From Promethearchaeota archaeon (GTDB lineage: Archaea; Asgardarchaeota; Lokiarchaeia; Sigyniarchaeales; SOKP01), in NCBI GenBank assembly GCA_019058365.1, contig JAHPZE010000013.1, forward strand, positions 1 to 64,000: 64,000 nt of DNA, in the 5' to 3' direction. This document shows positions 49,655-59,108 of the stretch, piece after piece. The translations under genes and the position numbers were made by a program. The notes beneath the pieces were generated by a model. The model searched no databases. It was not told the origin of the DNA and saw only the letters and a list, made by a program, of their open reading frames with translations. Position 1 is the stretch's first letter; each line of letters opens with the position of its first letter.

Positions 49655-50779
49655 TTATCTCTTTTCCTTAAATATAAATTCCTTTTGTAAAATATCTTCA
49701 TAAAAACTTAAAAATAATTCATTCATTTGATAACGCGATGGATTTCCATATTTTATCTTTTTAAACACATATTTCTTGGTTAAATTTTCTAAATATTTCC
49801 ACGCAATAGTTCTATCATAGTCCAAGTCGTCTTTTAAGTCTGGCGTGGTAATATAAATTCTATTTTCTAATTTCAAGTAATAATCAATTATTTCTTGTTC
49901 TTTGGCTGTGATTTTTTGTTTTTTTACGTTTAAATATTTTGTTATAATATTTTCTATAAGTTGCTGTGGGATTGTTTTTAAATTCATGATTCGTGCCTGC
50001 TGGTGAATCTCTTTAAAAAAAAGAAAGCATAAATTTAAATTTCCTTGAAAAGATTTCGCAATTTTCGGTAATAGCTCATTAATTATTTTATCATAATAAT
50101 GTTTTGATTCTTCAGTCTGGATTAAAAACTCATCCGTCCGTCTTTTAAAGATCTCGATTATATCATTACGGGAGAAATTGTTGAAGTATATTTCTCTATT
50201 AACAAGTATATCGTTCTCTAAAGGAAAGTCTCTTGTATGCCAAACTGAAAAAGTTAATTTTGTGTTTTCCTTGTAATCTTTAATTCTTTTCAAAAAAAGA
50301 TATTTATTTTTTCCTGCACATGAGATAATCCGGACATCAAGTTCTTGATTATCTAAACTATCTACTTCTTTTTGAGACATTGATTCGTTAGTCTTGTAAT
50401 TGAAAGAAAACTCTAAATTGTAAAACTCAAATGTAATTTCTGGAAAAGATTCAATTATATAATTTGTAATTATTTTAAGTGTAGTATGTTTCCCAGAACC
50501 TTTAGATCCGATAATGGCAATGTGAATATTATAAGGAAGTTTTTTTGCTTTTCCAAAATATCCAGAGATAACCTTAACTTCTGATTCACGGTTCACAAAT
50601 AATTTAATTAGATGAGGTGTAAATGACTTTTCAGGATTGAAACCATCAAGAGGATTTTCAGAATAAAAAAACCTTCGATACCAGAAAGGGGAATCTTCTA
50701 CAATGGACTCTTTGTGTTTAATACCACCCTTTACAGATTTAACTACTAAATCTTTAAGATGATTGTTTTCTTTTGACAT
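49655..50779 (-). CDS. Cdc6/ORC-like AAA+ protein with C-terminal winged helix
   Basis: LFVNRESE, GSKGSGKHT Walker A, FQGNL sensor region, DYDRTIAWKYLENL HTH; Walker B degenerate. Confidence 0.7.
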   Translation of the reverse strand: MSKENNHLKDLVVKSVKGGIKHKESIVEDSPFWYRRFFYSENPLDGFNPEKSFTPHLIKLFVNRESEVKVISGYFGKAKKLPYNIHIAIIGSKGSGKHTTLKIITNYIIESFPEITFEFYNLEFSFNYKTNESMSQKEVDSLDNQELDVRIISCAGKNKYLFLKRIKDYKENTKLTFSVWHTRDFPLENDILVNREIYFNNFSRNDIIEIFKRRTDEFLIQTEESKHYYDKIINELLPKIAKSFQGNLNLCFLFFKEIHQQARIMNLKTIPQQLIENIITKYLNVKKQKITAKEQEIIDYYLKLENRIYITTPDLKDDLDYDRTIAWKYLENLTKKYVFKKIKYGNPSRYQMNELFLSFYEDILQKEFIFKEKR

Positions 50780-50942
50780 AAAAAATATTATTTTTTAATA
50801 AATTAATCTACATTATTAACATTGGTTATTTAAAAATATAAACTTTTTGAAATTAGTAATTTATAAAGAAAAGATCTATGATAGAAATCTTTATATATCA
50901 AAAATGAAACATTAGTAATATAGAACAAAATTTTAAAATATT

Positions 50943-53216
50943 ATGAATTCGAATTTATTTATATCAAATGAAGTAGTTTTTAATATGATAAAATTACCGT
51001 ATTACACTATAGATCCAAATATTAGCCCAGATGATTATTATAGAATAGTAAAGGGTGCTGAATGGCAATTATTCAACAAACGCTTTTATCCTGCTACGTT
51101 TGGAAATAAAATACTATTTATTGGTAATAAAATAGAACCTCCTAAGAATTTAACAGTGGATAAATATAGATTTTCTTTATCAGAAGACAAAATTACATTA
51201 AATTCGATGGATCATAATTATATTCTTTCAAACATAATTCGTAATGTATTAAGACGACAAGCCTTTTCAAAAGGATACACTGGACCTGAAGGACAAAAAT
51301 TTTATAAAAGAAATCCATATAAAACAAAATTTTTTGCATTTCATGACGCTTTTTATTTAGAAACAGAAGTATTTCCCGATGGTAATATCGGTGTTTGGTT
51401 AGATCCTTCTACTAAATGGAAATGGCATTTGAAAGATTTAATAAATAGTTTAACCCCAGAAGAACAAGAGGATATCTATAAACAACTTGTTGGAAAAAAA
51501 ATTAAATATCCTAGTGTAAAAAGAAACCAACTTTATAAAGGAACTATTACCGAGGTTATTACTAGAACTTATAAAGAATATGAAATCAGTATAAACGGGG
51601 AAAACTATACCATTTTTGATTTTTGGATGAAATCAAGCGAAGATCATAGAAAGTGGTTGGCTAGGAATAAAATCTCACTGAAACCAGAAGGTTTTCCAAT
51701 AGTTATGGTTCAAATTCCAAACTTAAAATTCTCCATTCCTTATCCAGTTGAAGTTCTTGAGCTTGTTATTGACATCACTGATCCTTTAATTCCTTTAGAT
51801 ACATTTGACGAAAAAAAAATTCAGGCTCCCCTTAAAAGAATTAATGAGACATTTAATTTATTTGATCAGATCCTAAATCATGGCTTAGATTTAGGGGATT
51901 TTAAAATTACTTTTTCTCGACAATTATATAATTGGGAAAAGTCTCCTTACGGGACTATAATTTCTTTAGAAGCACCCAAACTTCAATTTGGGAATGATAA
52001 CACTATTGATCCATTAAAACCATGGCAAGATCCAGATATAAAGAGTGGAATGTTTCAATTTGGACCAGTAGATAAAAAAAAAGAAATAAAGGTATCTTAT
52101 ATAGGTCCATCAAGTGAAAAAGATAATTTTATGACATTTAATAAGTACTTGAATCTTCATGCTAAAAAACTGCATTTAGGAACTTTTGAGCTCACGAATA
52201 TTTTTCCTATTGATAGAATTCATCCAGATAGGTATTTGCGTATATGTCAAAGTGTTGGTCAACAAATAGAGAATCAAATATCATTTGTCATTTTACCTAA
52301 ATTTAAAACAACTAAAACCTATTACGCAGCAAAAAGAGGACTTGGAAAAAATTTTATAAAAAGTGCAATGATACAATGGAACACTTTTAAGAAACTTTTA
52401 AGTGCCAGTTCTCAAGGACGACTTTCATTTGAAAACTATAATATTGCTCTAAAAGCATATGGAAGATTTTTAGAAAGTGGAGAGGCGATCTGGCATCTTA
52501 AAGAACCTGCAGGAGGATTAAATGCTGCTACTAATAATTATTTTTTGGGATTTGATGTTTCACGTAATCCCGAAAGTAGAAAAGAAGCAGCTGCATATGC
52601 TGCAGTTTGTGATAATTATGGAAAAGTTCTCTATAAAAGCTCTATTGACTCGCATAGAGGAGAAAATATTATTTCTGAAATATTAAGTGATTGGTTCTTC
52701 GAAATTGCGACTTCTACGTATGATGAAATTGGAAATGAGAAAAAAATAGATTGTATGTACCTTTTTAAAGATGGACCTATTTCCCATCCACAGGTTAAGG
52801 AGTATGAAAAAGGATCACTTTTGGCAAAGGAGCGTTTGATGGAGGAGCATTTAATGACAAATGACTCTGATATTAAGACTATTGCGGTTATTAAGCGAGG
52901 TTTGCATAGATTCTATGGAGATGAAAAATTAGGATATAAGATTAACTATTCAGGATTAATTCGTAGCCCTAAAGAAGCGATTCTAATTACTTCTCGCCCA
53001 AGGTTTGGAACAGCGGCAACTACTCGAATTGAGCTTACTCATCAGATGAATAACAACATAGATATTTCTCAAATTGCTAAAATGTTTAATGATTTACGGT
53101 ATTTGGATTGGAATTCGTTATTTTCTCAACCAAAAACTATTTTACCACTTCATATTGTTCAGAATTTAGCTAAATTAAGTAAAGAAGATGTGATTGTACC
53201 TTATGATCCAAGGTAA
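50943..53216 (+). CDS. ago: Long prokaryotic Argonaute (N-L1-PAZ-L2-MID-PIWI)
   Basis: PAZ-like TIFDFW...PIVMV...PYPVEVL; APKLQFG L2; MID YYAAK...NIALK; PIWI FLGFDVS, RGE, LFKDG, IAVIKR, GTA, LRYLDW...LPLH. Confidence 0.92.
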   Translation: MNSNLFISNEVVFNMIKLPYYTIDPNISPDDYYRIVKGAEWQLFNKRFYPATFGNKILFIGNKIEPPKNLTVDKYRFSLSEDKITLNSMDHNYILSNIIRNVLRRQAFSKGYTGPEGQKFYKRNPYKTKFFAFHDAFYLETEVFPDGNIGVWLDPSTKWKWHLKDLINSLTPEEQEDIYKQLVGKKIKYPSVKRNQLYKGTITEVITRTYKEYEISINGENYTIFDFWMKSSEDHRKWLARNKISLKPEGFPIVMVQIPNLKFSIPYPVEVLELVIDITDPLIPLDTFDEKKIQAPLKRINETFNLFDQILNHGLDLGDFKITFSRQLYNWEKSPYGTIISLEAPKLQFGNDNTIDPLKPWQDPDIKSGMFQFGPVDKKKEIKVSYIGPSSEKDNFMTFNKYLNLHAKKLHLGTFELTNIFPIDRIHPDRYLRICQSVGQQIENQISFVILPKFKTTKTYYAAKRGLGKNFIKSAMIQWNTFKKLLSASSQGRLSFENYNIALKAYGRFLESGEAIWHLKEPAGGLNAATNNYFLGFDVSRNPESRKEAAAYAAVCDNYGKVLYKSSIDSHRGENIISEILSDWFFEIATSTYDEIGNEKKIDCMYLFKDGPISHPQVKEYEKGSLLAKERLMEEHLMTNDSDIKTIAVIKRGLHRFYGDEKLGYKINYSGLIRSPKEAILITSRPRFGTAATTRIELTHQMNNNIDISQIAKMFNDLRYLDWNSLFSQPKTILPLHIVQNLAKLSKEDVIVPYDPR

Positions 53217-53258
53217 AAATTCATATAGATGAATATCAAAAATTATATTATAGCAAAC

Positions 53259-53385
53259 AAGACAAAAATAAAAACTAAATTAAAACGATTGGAAAAGAAG
53301 AAAATTTATTTGAATAATTTGTGATTATAAAGGGAGGATAAATTATGCCAGAATTCTTGATTGAATTTATTAATAATCAAAATGA
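53259..53385 (+). repeat. Direct repeat copy 1 (nurA upstream region, RBS and first codons)
   Basis: 127 bp, 3 mismatches to 57760-57886; ATG 53345 starts MPEFLIEFINN and then diverges. Confidence 0.95.
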
Positions 53386-53515
53386 GAAGATCATTTTTAA
53401 TTTGATATATTTATGCAGGATGATAATTAATCATTTTCATTCTTTAAAGAAAAAATTCTATAATGCAAAAAATTTTAAATTAAAACATTAAGGTTAGAAT
53501 CTTAAGGTGCCATAG

Positions 53516-56500
53516 ATGGGATCAATCCAAGAAGAAAAGAAGAAAAGAAAGAGAAATGAAAAAGAAGAAGAGAAACTCGAGAAGGTAGAGAAGAAATCAA
53601 TGAAGAAAGAAGATATAAAAAAAGAATCCAAAATTATACAAACAGTCATCGATAGAAAGGAAATTGTAGAAGATAGCATTAAAGCAAAAGAAGAAGAAAA
53701 ATCAGAGGGTAAAGAAAAGAAAATATCCCTCACGGAAGATGAAAGACTAATTCTAATGACACTAAATTTCGTGGATAGGCATAAAGGCGGGTTGAGCATA
53801 ACGGGATTTCAGATAAAAGATTTCTTGCAGTTAATCTTTTTAGGTAAAGATGTTGATAAGCTTTACTTTCAGTTAAAAGAAAAGGAATTTATCGTTAGGA
53901 GGAGAGATTCAGAGGATTTCTCTGTTTCATTTGAGGGACGACAAGTAGCGGAAAAGCAAGATGATTTATTAAAACACATTTTTATTGAAATCGGAAGGAA
54001 ATTAGAAGATTTCTTGAGTGAGAGTGGAATATTAAAGAGAGTGCTTTATTTTGCCCAAGAAAATAAATGGAGTTTCAGACAATACCTTCCGAGAATTATA
54101 CTTAGCTTAGATGAATTGGAACAAGTATTAACTATTTTTTTCTTAGACGATTTGTTCTTGGACATTCCAGCTGTTAGTAAAGTGATTAGGAAATTAAGGA
54201 AGGAGCAACAATCCAAAATACAAGAAGTATTGGCAAATTACTGCAAAGATTTAGATTTCCTGAAAACTCTTGCTATATTGAAAATGGACGAGATTAAGGA
54301 TAAATTAGGTGTAGAAACCGTTAGTATAGTCCATTACAAGCCATTTAAAGACATCCTTTCGGAAGTCGTGGAAAAGTCAAAAATAGAAGAAATCTTGGAA
54401 AAATTGCTCCTATTGGGAATCACCGAATCATATAACTTCTTCGGAATCGATACCCTATCGATTCTAATGAGTGAGGAAAATATCTCCAAGCTAAAGAATT
54501 GGATGGCATTTGATGAGGATGCGTTCAAAAGGCAATTAGAAACCAACTGGAACATATTTATAAATGCAAAAAATGCGGTAGAAAACGCAGTGCTCTTTGA
54601 TTTTAAGGGATTAATAAAATCCAAAGCTGTTTTATTTTATAAAAATAATGTCTTGGTCAGAAAGGAAGTGAAAGGTGCTTTTGTAGAAGTGTATGAAAAA
54701 GTTAAGGAGAAATTGAAAAATAAGATTAAAGAAATAGAAAATGTCCTTATATCTCCATTTTATGAGGTTAATAGGGATGAATTAAAACAATTTAGGGGAA
54801 AGATCATAATTGTATTGCACGCAGTTGATTGGTGGACGAAAAAATATTACTTTCCCGTAATTAGAGAAGAAGAATTGGTAAATAATGTGATTCTTCTCAT
54901 TTCTCCAAAAGAAATCGGTTTTCGTTTAGATAAAGCACTGAATTATTCTAATAGTCAAAGAGTATTGGAAATACCAGATAAAAATGTGGAATTTAATGCG
55001 GTGGGCGAAATTGATAATATTGAGTTAGTTAAATCAATTTTAAATGTTTGCGAATGGGTTTTGGAAGAAGAATATTATTCTGTAAAAAGAGCTAAAGAGA
55101 TTATATATGAAAAACAATACCCTCCAATATCTATAGAACAAGCAATAAATCAATTAAAAGAAGGAATGAGAGAGATCGATGGTAAAGTCTTAATAGATGC
55201 ATTATTAATCTCTATAAATAAACCAACTAATTATAGTGGAACTTTTATCTATAGAGATAATGGGCAGTTTACTAAAAATCATTTATGGTATCATTTGGAA
55301 AATATACTTAAACTGAAATATAATTTAAAAGGAGATCATTTCATTAAAATTAAAGAAAGTCTTGAAGAATTAATTGAAGGAAAGGCAAGGATGGATCTAT
55401 TTACTTTAGGATTAGGTTCTAGACCTGGTTCTGACATATATTACTCTAAGGAAAAAAAACTTTTATCCATAATATTTAATAATTATAATGTAAAATCTAT
55501 TATCTTATCTTCAATAGAAAGGTTAGATCAAATATCAATAGAAATTGTTTGGATTTATCTTAAACTTTTTATTAAAATTGAAGTGAATATCGATGTTAAT
55601 AGATTTAAAACTATTTATGAGATTATATTTAATAAAAAAATAGAGAATGATAATGATATTATAAATGCTATTAATAAAACGGGAATCTCTATTGCAGTGA
55701 AAAGAGGTACTCATTTTAGTCATTACAGATTTCCATATATTTTAGATAATGAATTAGATATCGAATTACTCTCTTTTCTAGAAAAACGAATACAAATTAC
55801 TCAACCTAATTATGATACTTTTATTAAATTATATAAAAAGAAGATTATTGAATTAGTTGGTTTGGATTATCTCTTGAATAATGATGGATATTGTAGAAGA
55901 AATAATTTAAGAGAGTTCTTGTGGAAGGTCTCTCTGGAAGCGTGGGATAAATTTGATTCATATGAGGGATTGATATCATCAAAAGAAAGTGAGATAATAG
56001 CTTTAAATCCACTTTTACTAGATGAGTTGAGGGTATTTCTAAGTGTTCGTAAAAGAAAAATAATTGAAAGCCAAGAAAGATTGAAAGAGGTAGTATTATC
56101 ATCGAAAATAATTGATTCGTTAATAGAACTTGACGAAGATCTGGTTATTCTAAAGGGATTTATAACATTACAGAATAAAGAAGATATAACAGTGATAATA
56201 GTCCCTTGGTATCTACCAATGTACGAGAAATATCTTGGAGAGAAGGCATTAATTGTAATAACTGACCAACCCGACTACAAAACTTTTATAGACACCATTA
56301 AAGCTATTAATAAAGAAATAACATTAATATTCTTAAAAGATAACCTATTTTACCTATTTTCTACCTTTAGAAATGTTAATTTTATAAATTCCTTACTATC
56401 AAAACTGGAAGAGCACGGTTTTGCATTAATCTCAAAAGAAATTTTGTCTTTAGAAACTTCGGAAGAATCGAGGGTGAAGGAAGAGTTAATTACACTACAG

Positions 56501-57682
56501 GCAGAAAAAGAAGAAACAGGTGAAATATTCGAAGTGAAAGAATTAGATCTATTTGGAGAATTATTCGATACAGACTTGAAGGGCTTTCCTATTGGGTTGG
56601 GAACGGAAGATCCAGTAGTATTGATACTTTCTAAGACGGAAGACGACAATTACAGTGCCACTCTCCAGATATTATGTAGAGAAATATATAGAGAACTAAT
56701 TAAAGGCTTGCCCCTCCCGAAAAGAATAACAGAAGAAAGAATAGAGGAAGAAACGGATGTGAGTGATAGAATCATATTCGTTGACGATGATAAAGCAAAG
56801 AAACTTGGTTTTGGAAAAATATCACGCAATGAGAATATTAACTGGGTTAATCTTGGCAAGAAGCTACAAGAATTCTATTCTCAATACTTTGGTTTCTATA
56901 TTTTTGAAATTCCGATGGATAAAAAGGAAGAATTTAAAGAAAAACTCATAACTCATACTAAAGATCTTAGACCCAGAATAATCCAAGTAAAGCCCTTATA
57001 TTTAGGAAGAAGAATTATTTTAGATATTACCGAAGAAGGAATTAAGGAGATTTCTGACTTGGTTAAGTTCAAGAAGAAGATATGTAGCCTAATATGGGGA
57101 TTTGTAACACCGAAGGGCGACGATAGATGGGAGCGGGGAGATAACTTCGATAACTTCTTTAGTAGTTGCGAAAGTGAATATAATAAAAGATTAAGAAATA
57201 TGGAGATTGAGAAGATTAATGTTGAGGGTAAAGAAATGAGTGTTCCAATTCTAGTTAATAGAGGTGTAAACGAGAGTGATCTGCATTTTCGAATCAAGGT
57301 CTTTATTGTAAAATACTTGTATGAAACAAAGAAATATTCAAGGGGTTCTGTAAAAACAGAACAAAAAATAGATGGAAAAGAAATTTACCCTGATATCCAA
57401 GCAGGTAAAATCATCTTCGAAGTAGAAACACTGTATAACTCTGAAAGACCATTGAGTAAGCTTGTAGAAAAGGTCAAAGATTATAAGAACGATGGAAAAA
57501 AGCTCATTATCGTGTTAAAAAATGTTGATGTTTTTCTATATTACACACAACTAATAGATTTGGAAGAAGAATTAAGGGATGAGGGTATGGATGTGGAGTT
57601 CAAATCTCTTAATTTAGGGGATAATATAATTTTTCACATAAAAGAAATTGGTAAGTCTTACCATTCTTTCTTTAAAAAATAG
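53516..57682 (+). CDS. 1388-aa protein with C-terminal PD-(D/E)XK nuclease-like domain
   Basis: ESDLH..IK...KTEQ...YPDI......EVET; K/E-rich N-terminus followed by a winged-helix-like segment. Confidence 0.65.
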   Translation: MGSIQEEKKKRKRNEKEEEKLEKVEKKSMKKEDIKKESKIIQTVIDRKEIVEDSIKAKEEEKSEGKEKKISLTEDERLILMTLNFVDRHKGGLSITGFQIKDFLQLIFLGKDVDKLYFQLKEKEFIVRRRDSEDFSVSFEGRQVAEKQDDLLKHIFIEIGRKLEDFLSESGILKRVLYFAQENKWSFRQYLPRIILSLDELEQVLTIFFLDDLFLDIPAVSKVIRKLRKEQQSKIQEVLANYCKDLDFLKTLAILKMDEIKDKLGVETVSIVHYKPFKDILSEVVEKSKIEEILEKLLLLGITESYNFFGIDTLSILMSEENISKLKNWMAFDEDAFKRQLETNWNIFINAKNAVENAVLFDFKGLIKSKAVLFYKNNVLVRKEVKGAFVEVYEKVKEKLKNKIKEIENVLISPFYEVNRDELKQFRGKIIIVLHAVDWWTKKYYFPVIREEELVNNVILLISPKEIGFRLDKALNYSNSQRVLEIPDKNVEFNAVGEIDNIELVKSILNVCEWVLEEEYYSVKRAKEIIYEKQYPPISIEQAINQLKEGMREIDGKVLIDALLISINKPTNYSGTFIYRDNGQFTKNHLWYHLENILKLKYNLKGDHFIKIKESLEELIEGKARMDLFTLGLGSRPGSDIYYSKEKKLLSIIFNNYNVKSIILSSIERLDQISIEIVWIYLKLFIKIEVNIDVNRFKTIYEIIFNKKIENDNDIINAINKTGISIAVKRGTHFSHYRFPYILDNELDIELLSFLEKRIQITQPNYDTFIKLYKKKIIELVGLDYLLNNDGYCRRNNLREFLWKVSLEAWDKFDSYEGLISSKESEIIALNPLLLDELRVFLSVRKRKIIESQERLKEVVLSSKIIDSLIELDEDLVILKGFITLQNKEDITVIIVPWYLPMYEKYLGEKALIVITDQPDYKTFIDTIKAINKEITLIFLKDNLFYLFSTFRNVNFINSLLSKLEEHGFALISKEILSLETSEESRVKEELITLQAEKEETGEIFEVKELDLFGELFDTDLKGFPIGLGTEDPVVLILSKTEDDNYSATLQILCREIYRELIKGLPLPKRITEERIEEETDVSDRIIFVDDDKAKKLGFGKISRNENINWVNLGKKLQEFYSQYFGFYIFEIPMDKKEEFKEKLITHTKDLRPRIIQVKPLYLGRRIILDITEEGIKEISDLVKFKKKICSLIWGFVTPKGDDRWERGDNFDNFFSSCESEYNKRLRNMEIEKINVEGKEMSVPILVNRGVNESDLHFRIKVFIVKYLYETKKYSRGSVKTEQKIDGKEIYPDIQAGKIIFEVETLYNSERPLSKLVEKVKDYKNDGKKLIIVLKNVDVFLYYTQLIDLEEELRDEGMDVEFKSLNLGDNIIFHIKEIGKSYHSFFKK

Positions 57683-57759
57683 TATAAATAGAGCTTTAAA
57701 TATAATTGTAATTGGAATCTATTTCAGATTTTATTAAATTTGAAAATATTAGAGCATTT

Positions 57760-57886
57760 AAGACAAAAATGAAAACTAAATTAAAACAATTGGAAAAGAA
57801 GAAAATTTATTTGAATAATTTGTGATTATAAAGGGAGGATAAATTATGCCAGAATTCTTGATTGAATTTATTAATAATCTAAATGA
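57760..57886 (+). repeat. Direct repeat copy 2, containing the functional nurA start
   Basis: 4501 bp downstream of copy 1; GGGAGG RBS and ATG 57846. Confidence 0.95.
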
Positions 57887-59108
57887 AAAAACCAAGCGAA
57901 TTTTAGAGAATTTTGAAAATAAGGAAATTAATAAGCTATACGAGAAGTTATTTCCTTTTTATTGGATTGATCATGACATAGAAAATCATGATCCCACTCA
58001 AGAGGTAATAGCTATTGATAGTAGTAGGGGGCATTGTCCGACTAATAATGGTGGATTTTTTTTTGTTTCTAGAGCTATGGCTTATGGAAATCAAAAAAAA
58101 TATAAAGAAGTTTATACAGATTTTGACTTTTCAAATGTTAAAACACAATCTGATTATATTGGAAGAGTAATGGAATGGACGGAGCATTCAGTCGCAATAC
58201 AAGCTATTAAAAAGGGATTTACAAAGTATGTTTTAATTGATGGTTCTATTTATGGGAGATTATCTCATTTACCAATGGAGTTGAACTTAGATAACAACAA
58301 GGGTTTTATGATTCAATATTTTGAGACTTACTTAAATCTATTGGATATATGTAAAAAGAAAAAAATACCTCTAATTGGTATTAGTAAAGAAAGTCGAACT
58401 TCCTTTTTCCGGGAGTTTTTAATAAAACAAATATTAAAAAGTAAAATTTCAAACTCCCAATTACTAAATAAATTACTTTCAGAAGCTTTAGATTTTCCAA
58501 AAAATGCAATTAAACTTGCAAAAAGTACAAAAGATGACGATATCATTTTACTTACAGAAGAACTTATTGCCCGAAAACCAGACTCTTTATTGATTTTAAA
58601 TAATGCTCATCACGCAGGATATACAAAACCACTTATATTAGGGGGAAGTGCGAGATGGCGACGGGCTGAAAAGAAAATTAAGGTGGATTCAAAGGGTTAT
58701 ATTGAGTCTAGCTTTCCAATATTATCAGAAGATATTAAATTTTTAAATCAAGCTAAAAAAATTATTACTAAGATGCTGGATTTTCCGAGCATCGTGTCTT
58801 TTCATATTCTACCCATCCTCGCAGATACACCTTTAAGAATAGATATTCCATCATGGTATTTTGGTATAGATAGAAGGCTTTTAGATGTTGGGTGGCCTGA
58901 AGTAGTAAATTTGGACTTAAGTGAAATCCTTAAATTAATCTCAGCAGGTTATTGTGGATTGGGAAATTATAATATTTGGCTTACAGCCGTGGATAATGAA
59001 GTTAGATTATCCAGAAAAGATTTTGAAGAATTATATTTAAAAAAGTTTGAAGAAATTATAGGTAAAAAAGCAACACCAAGAGGTTATAGACGTGTTAGAT
59101 ACCCGTAA
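57846..59108 (+). CDS. nurA: NurA 5'-3' nuclease
   Basis: IAIDSS, LIDGS.Y, GISKES, PLRID, GNY..WL..VD..VRL; overlaps herA. Confidence 0.9.
   Translation: MPEFLIEFINNLNEKTKRILENFENKEINKLYEKLFPFYWIDHDIENHDPTQEVIAIDSSRGHCPTNNGGFFFVSRAMAYGNQKKYKEVYTDFDFSNVKTQSDYIGRVMEWTEHSVAIQAIKKGFTKYVLIDGSIYGRLSHLPMELNLDNNKGFMIQYFETYLNLLDICKKKKIPLIGISKESRTSFFREFLIKQILKSKISNSQLLNKLLSEALDFPKNAIKLAKSTKDDDIILLTEELIARKPDSLLILNNAHHAGYTKPLILGGSARWRRAEKKIKVDSKGYIESSFPILSEDIKFLNQAKKIITKMLDFPSIVSFHILPILADTPLRIDIPSWYFGIDRRLLDVGWPEVVNLDLSEILKLISAGYCGLGNYNIWLTAVDNEVRLSRKDFEELYLKKFEEIIGKKATPRGYRRVRYP

Noticed and set aside
53494-57297. Antisense ORFs within the 1388-aa gene, and similar shadows over rad50, the OLD gene, the reductase and the peptidase
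   Set aside because: S/F/L-rich mirror translations of real genes on the opposite strand.
53259-57886. IS element or transposon with target-site duplication
   Set aside because: No transposase or terminal inverted repeats; 127 bp is far longer than a normal target-site duplication.
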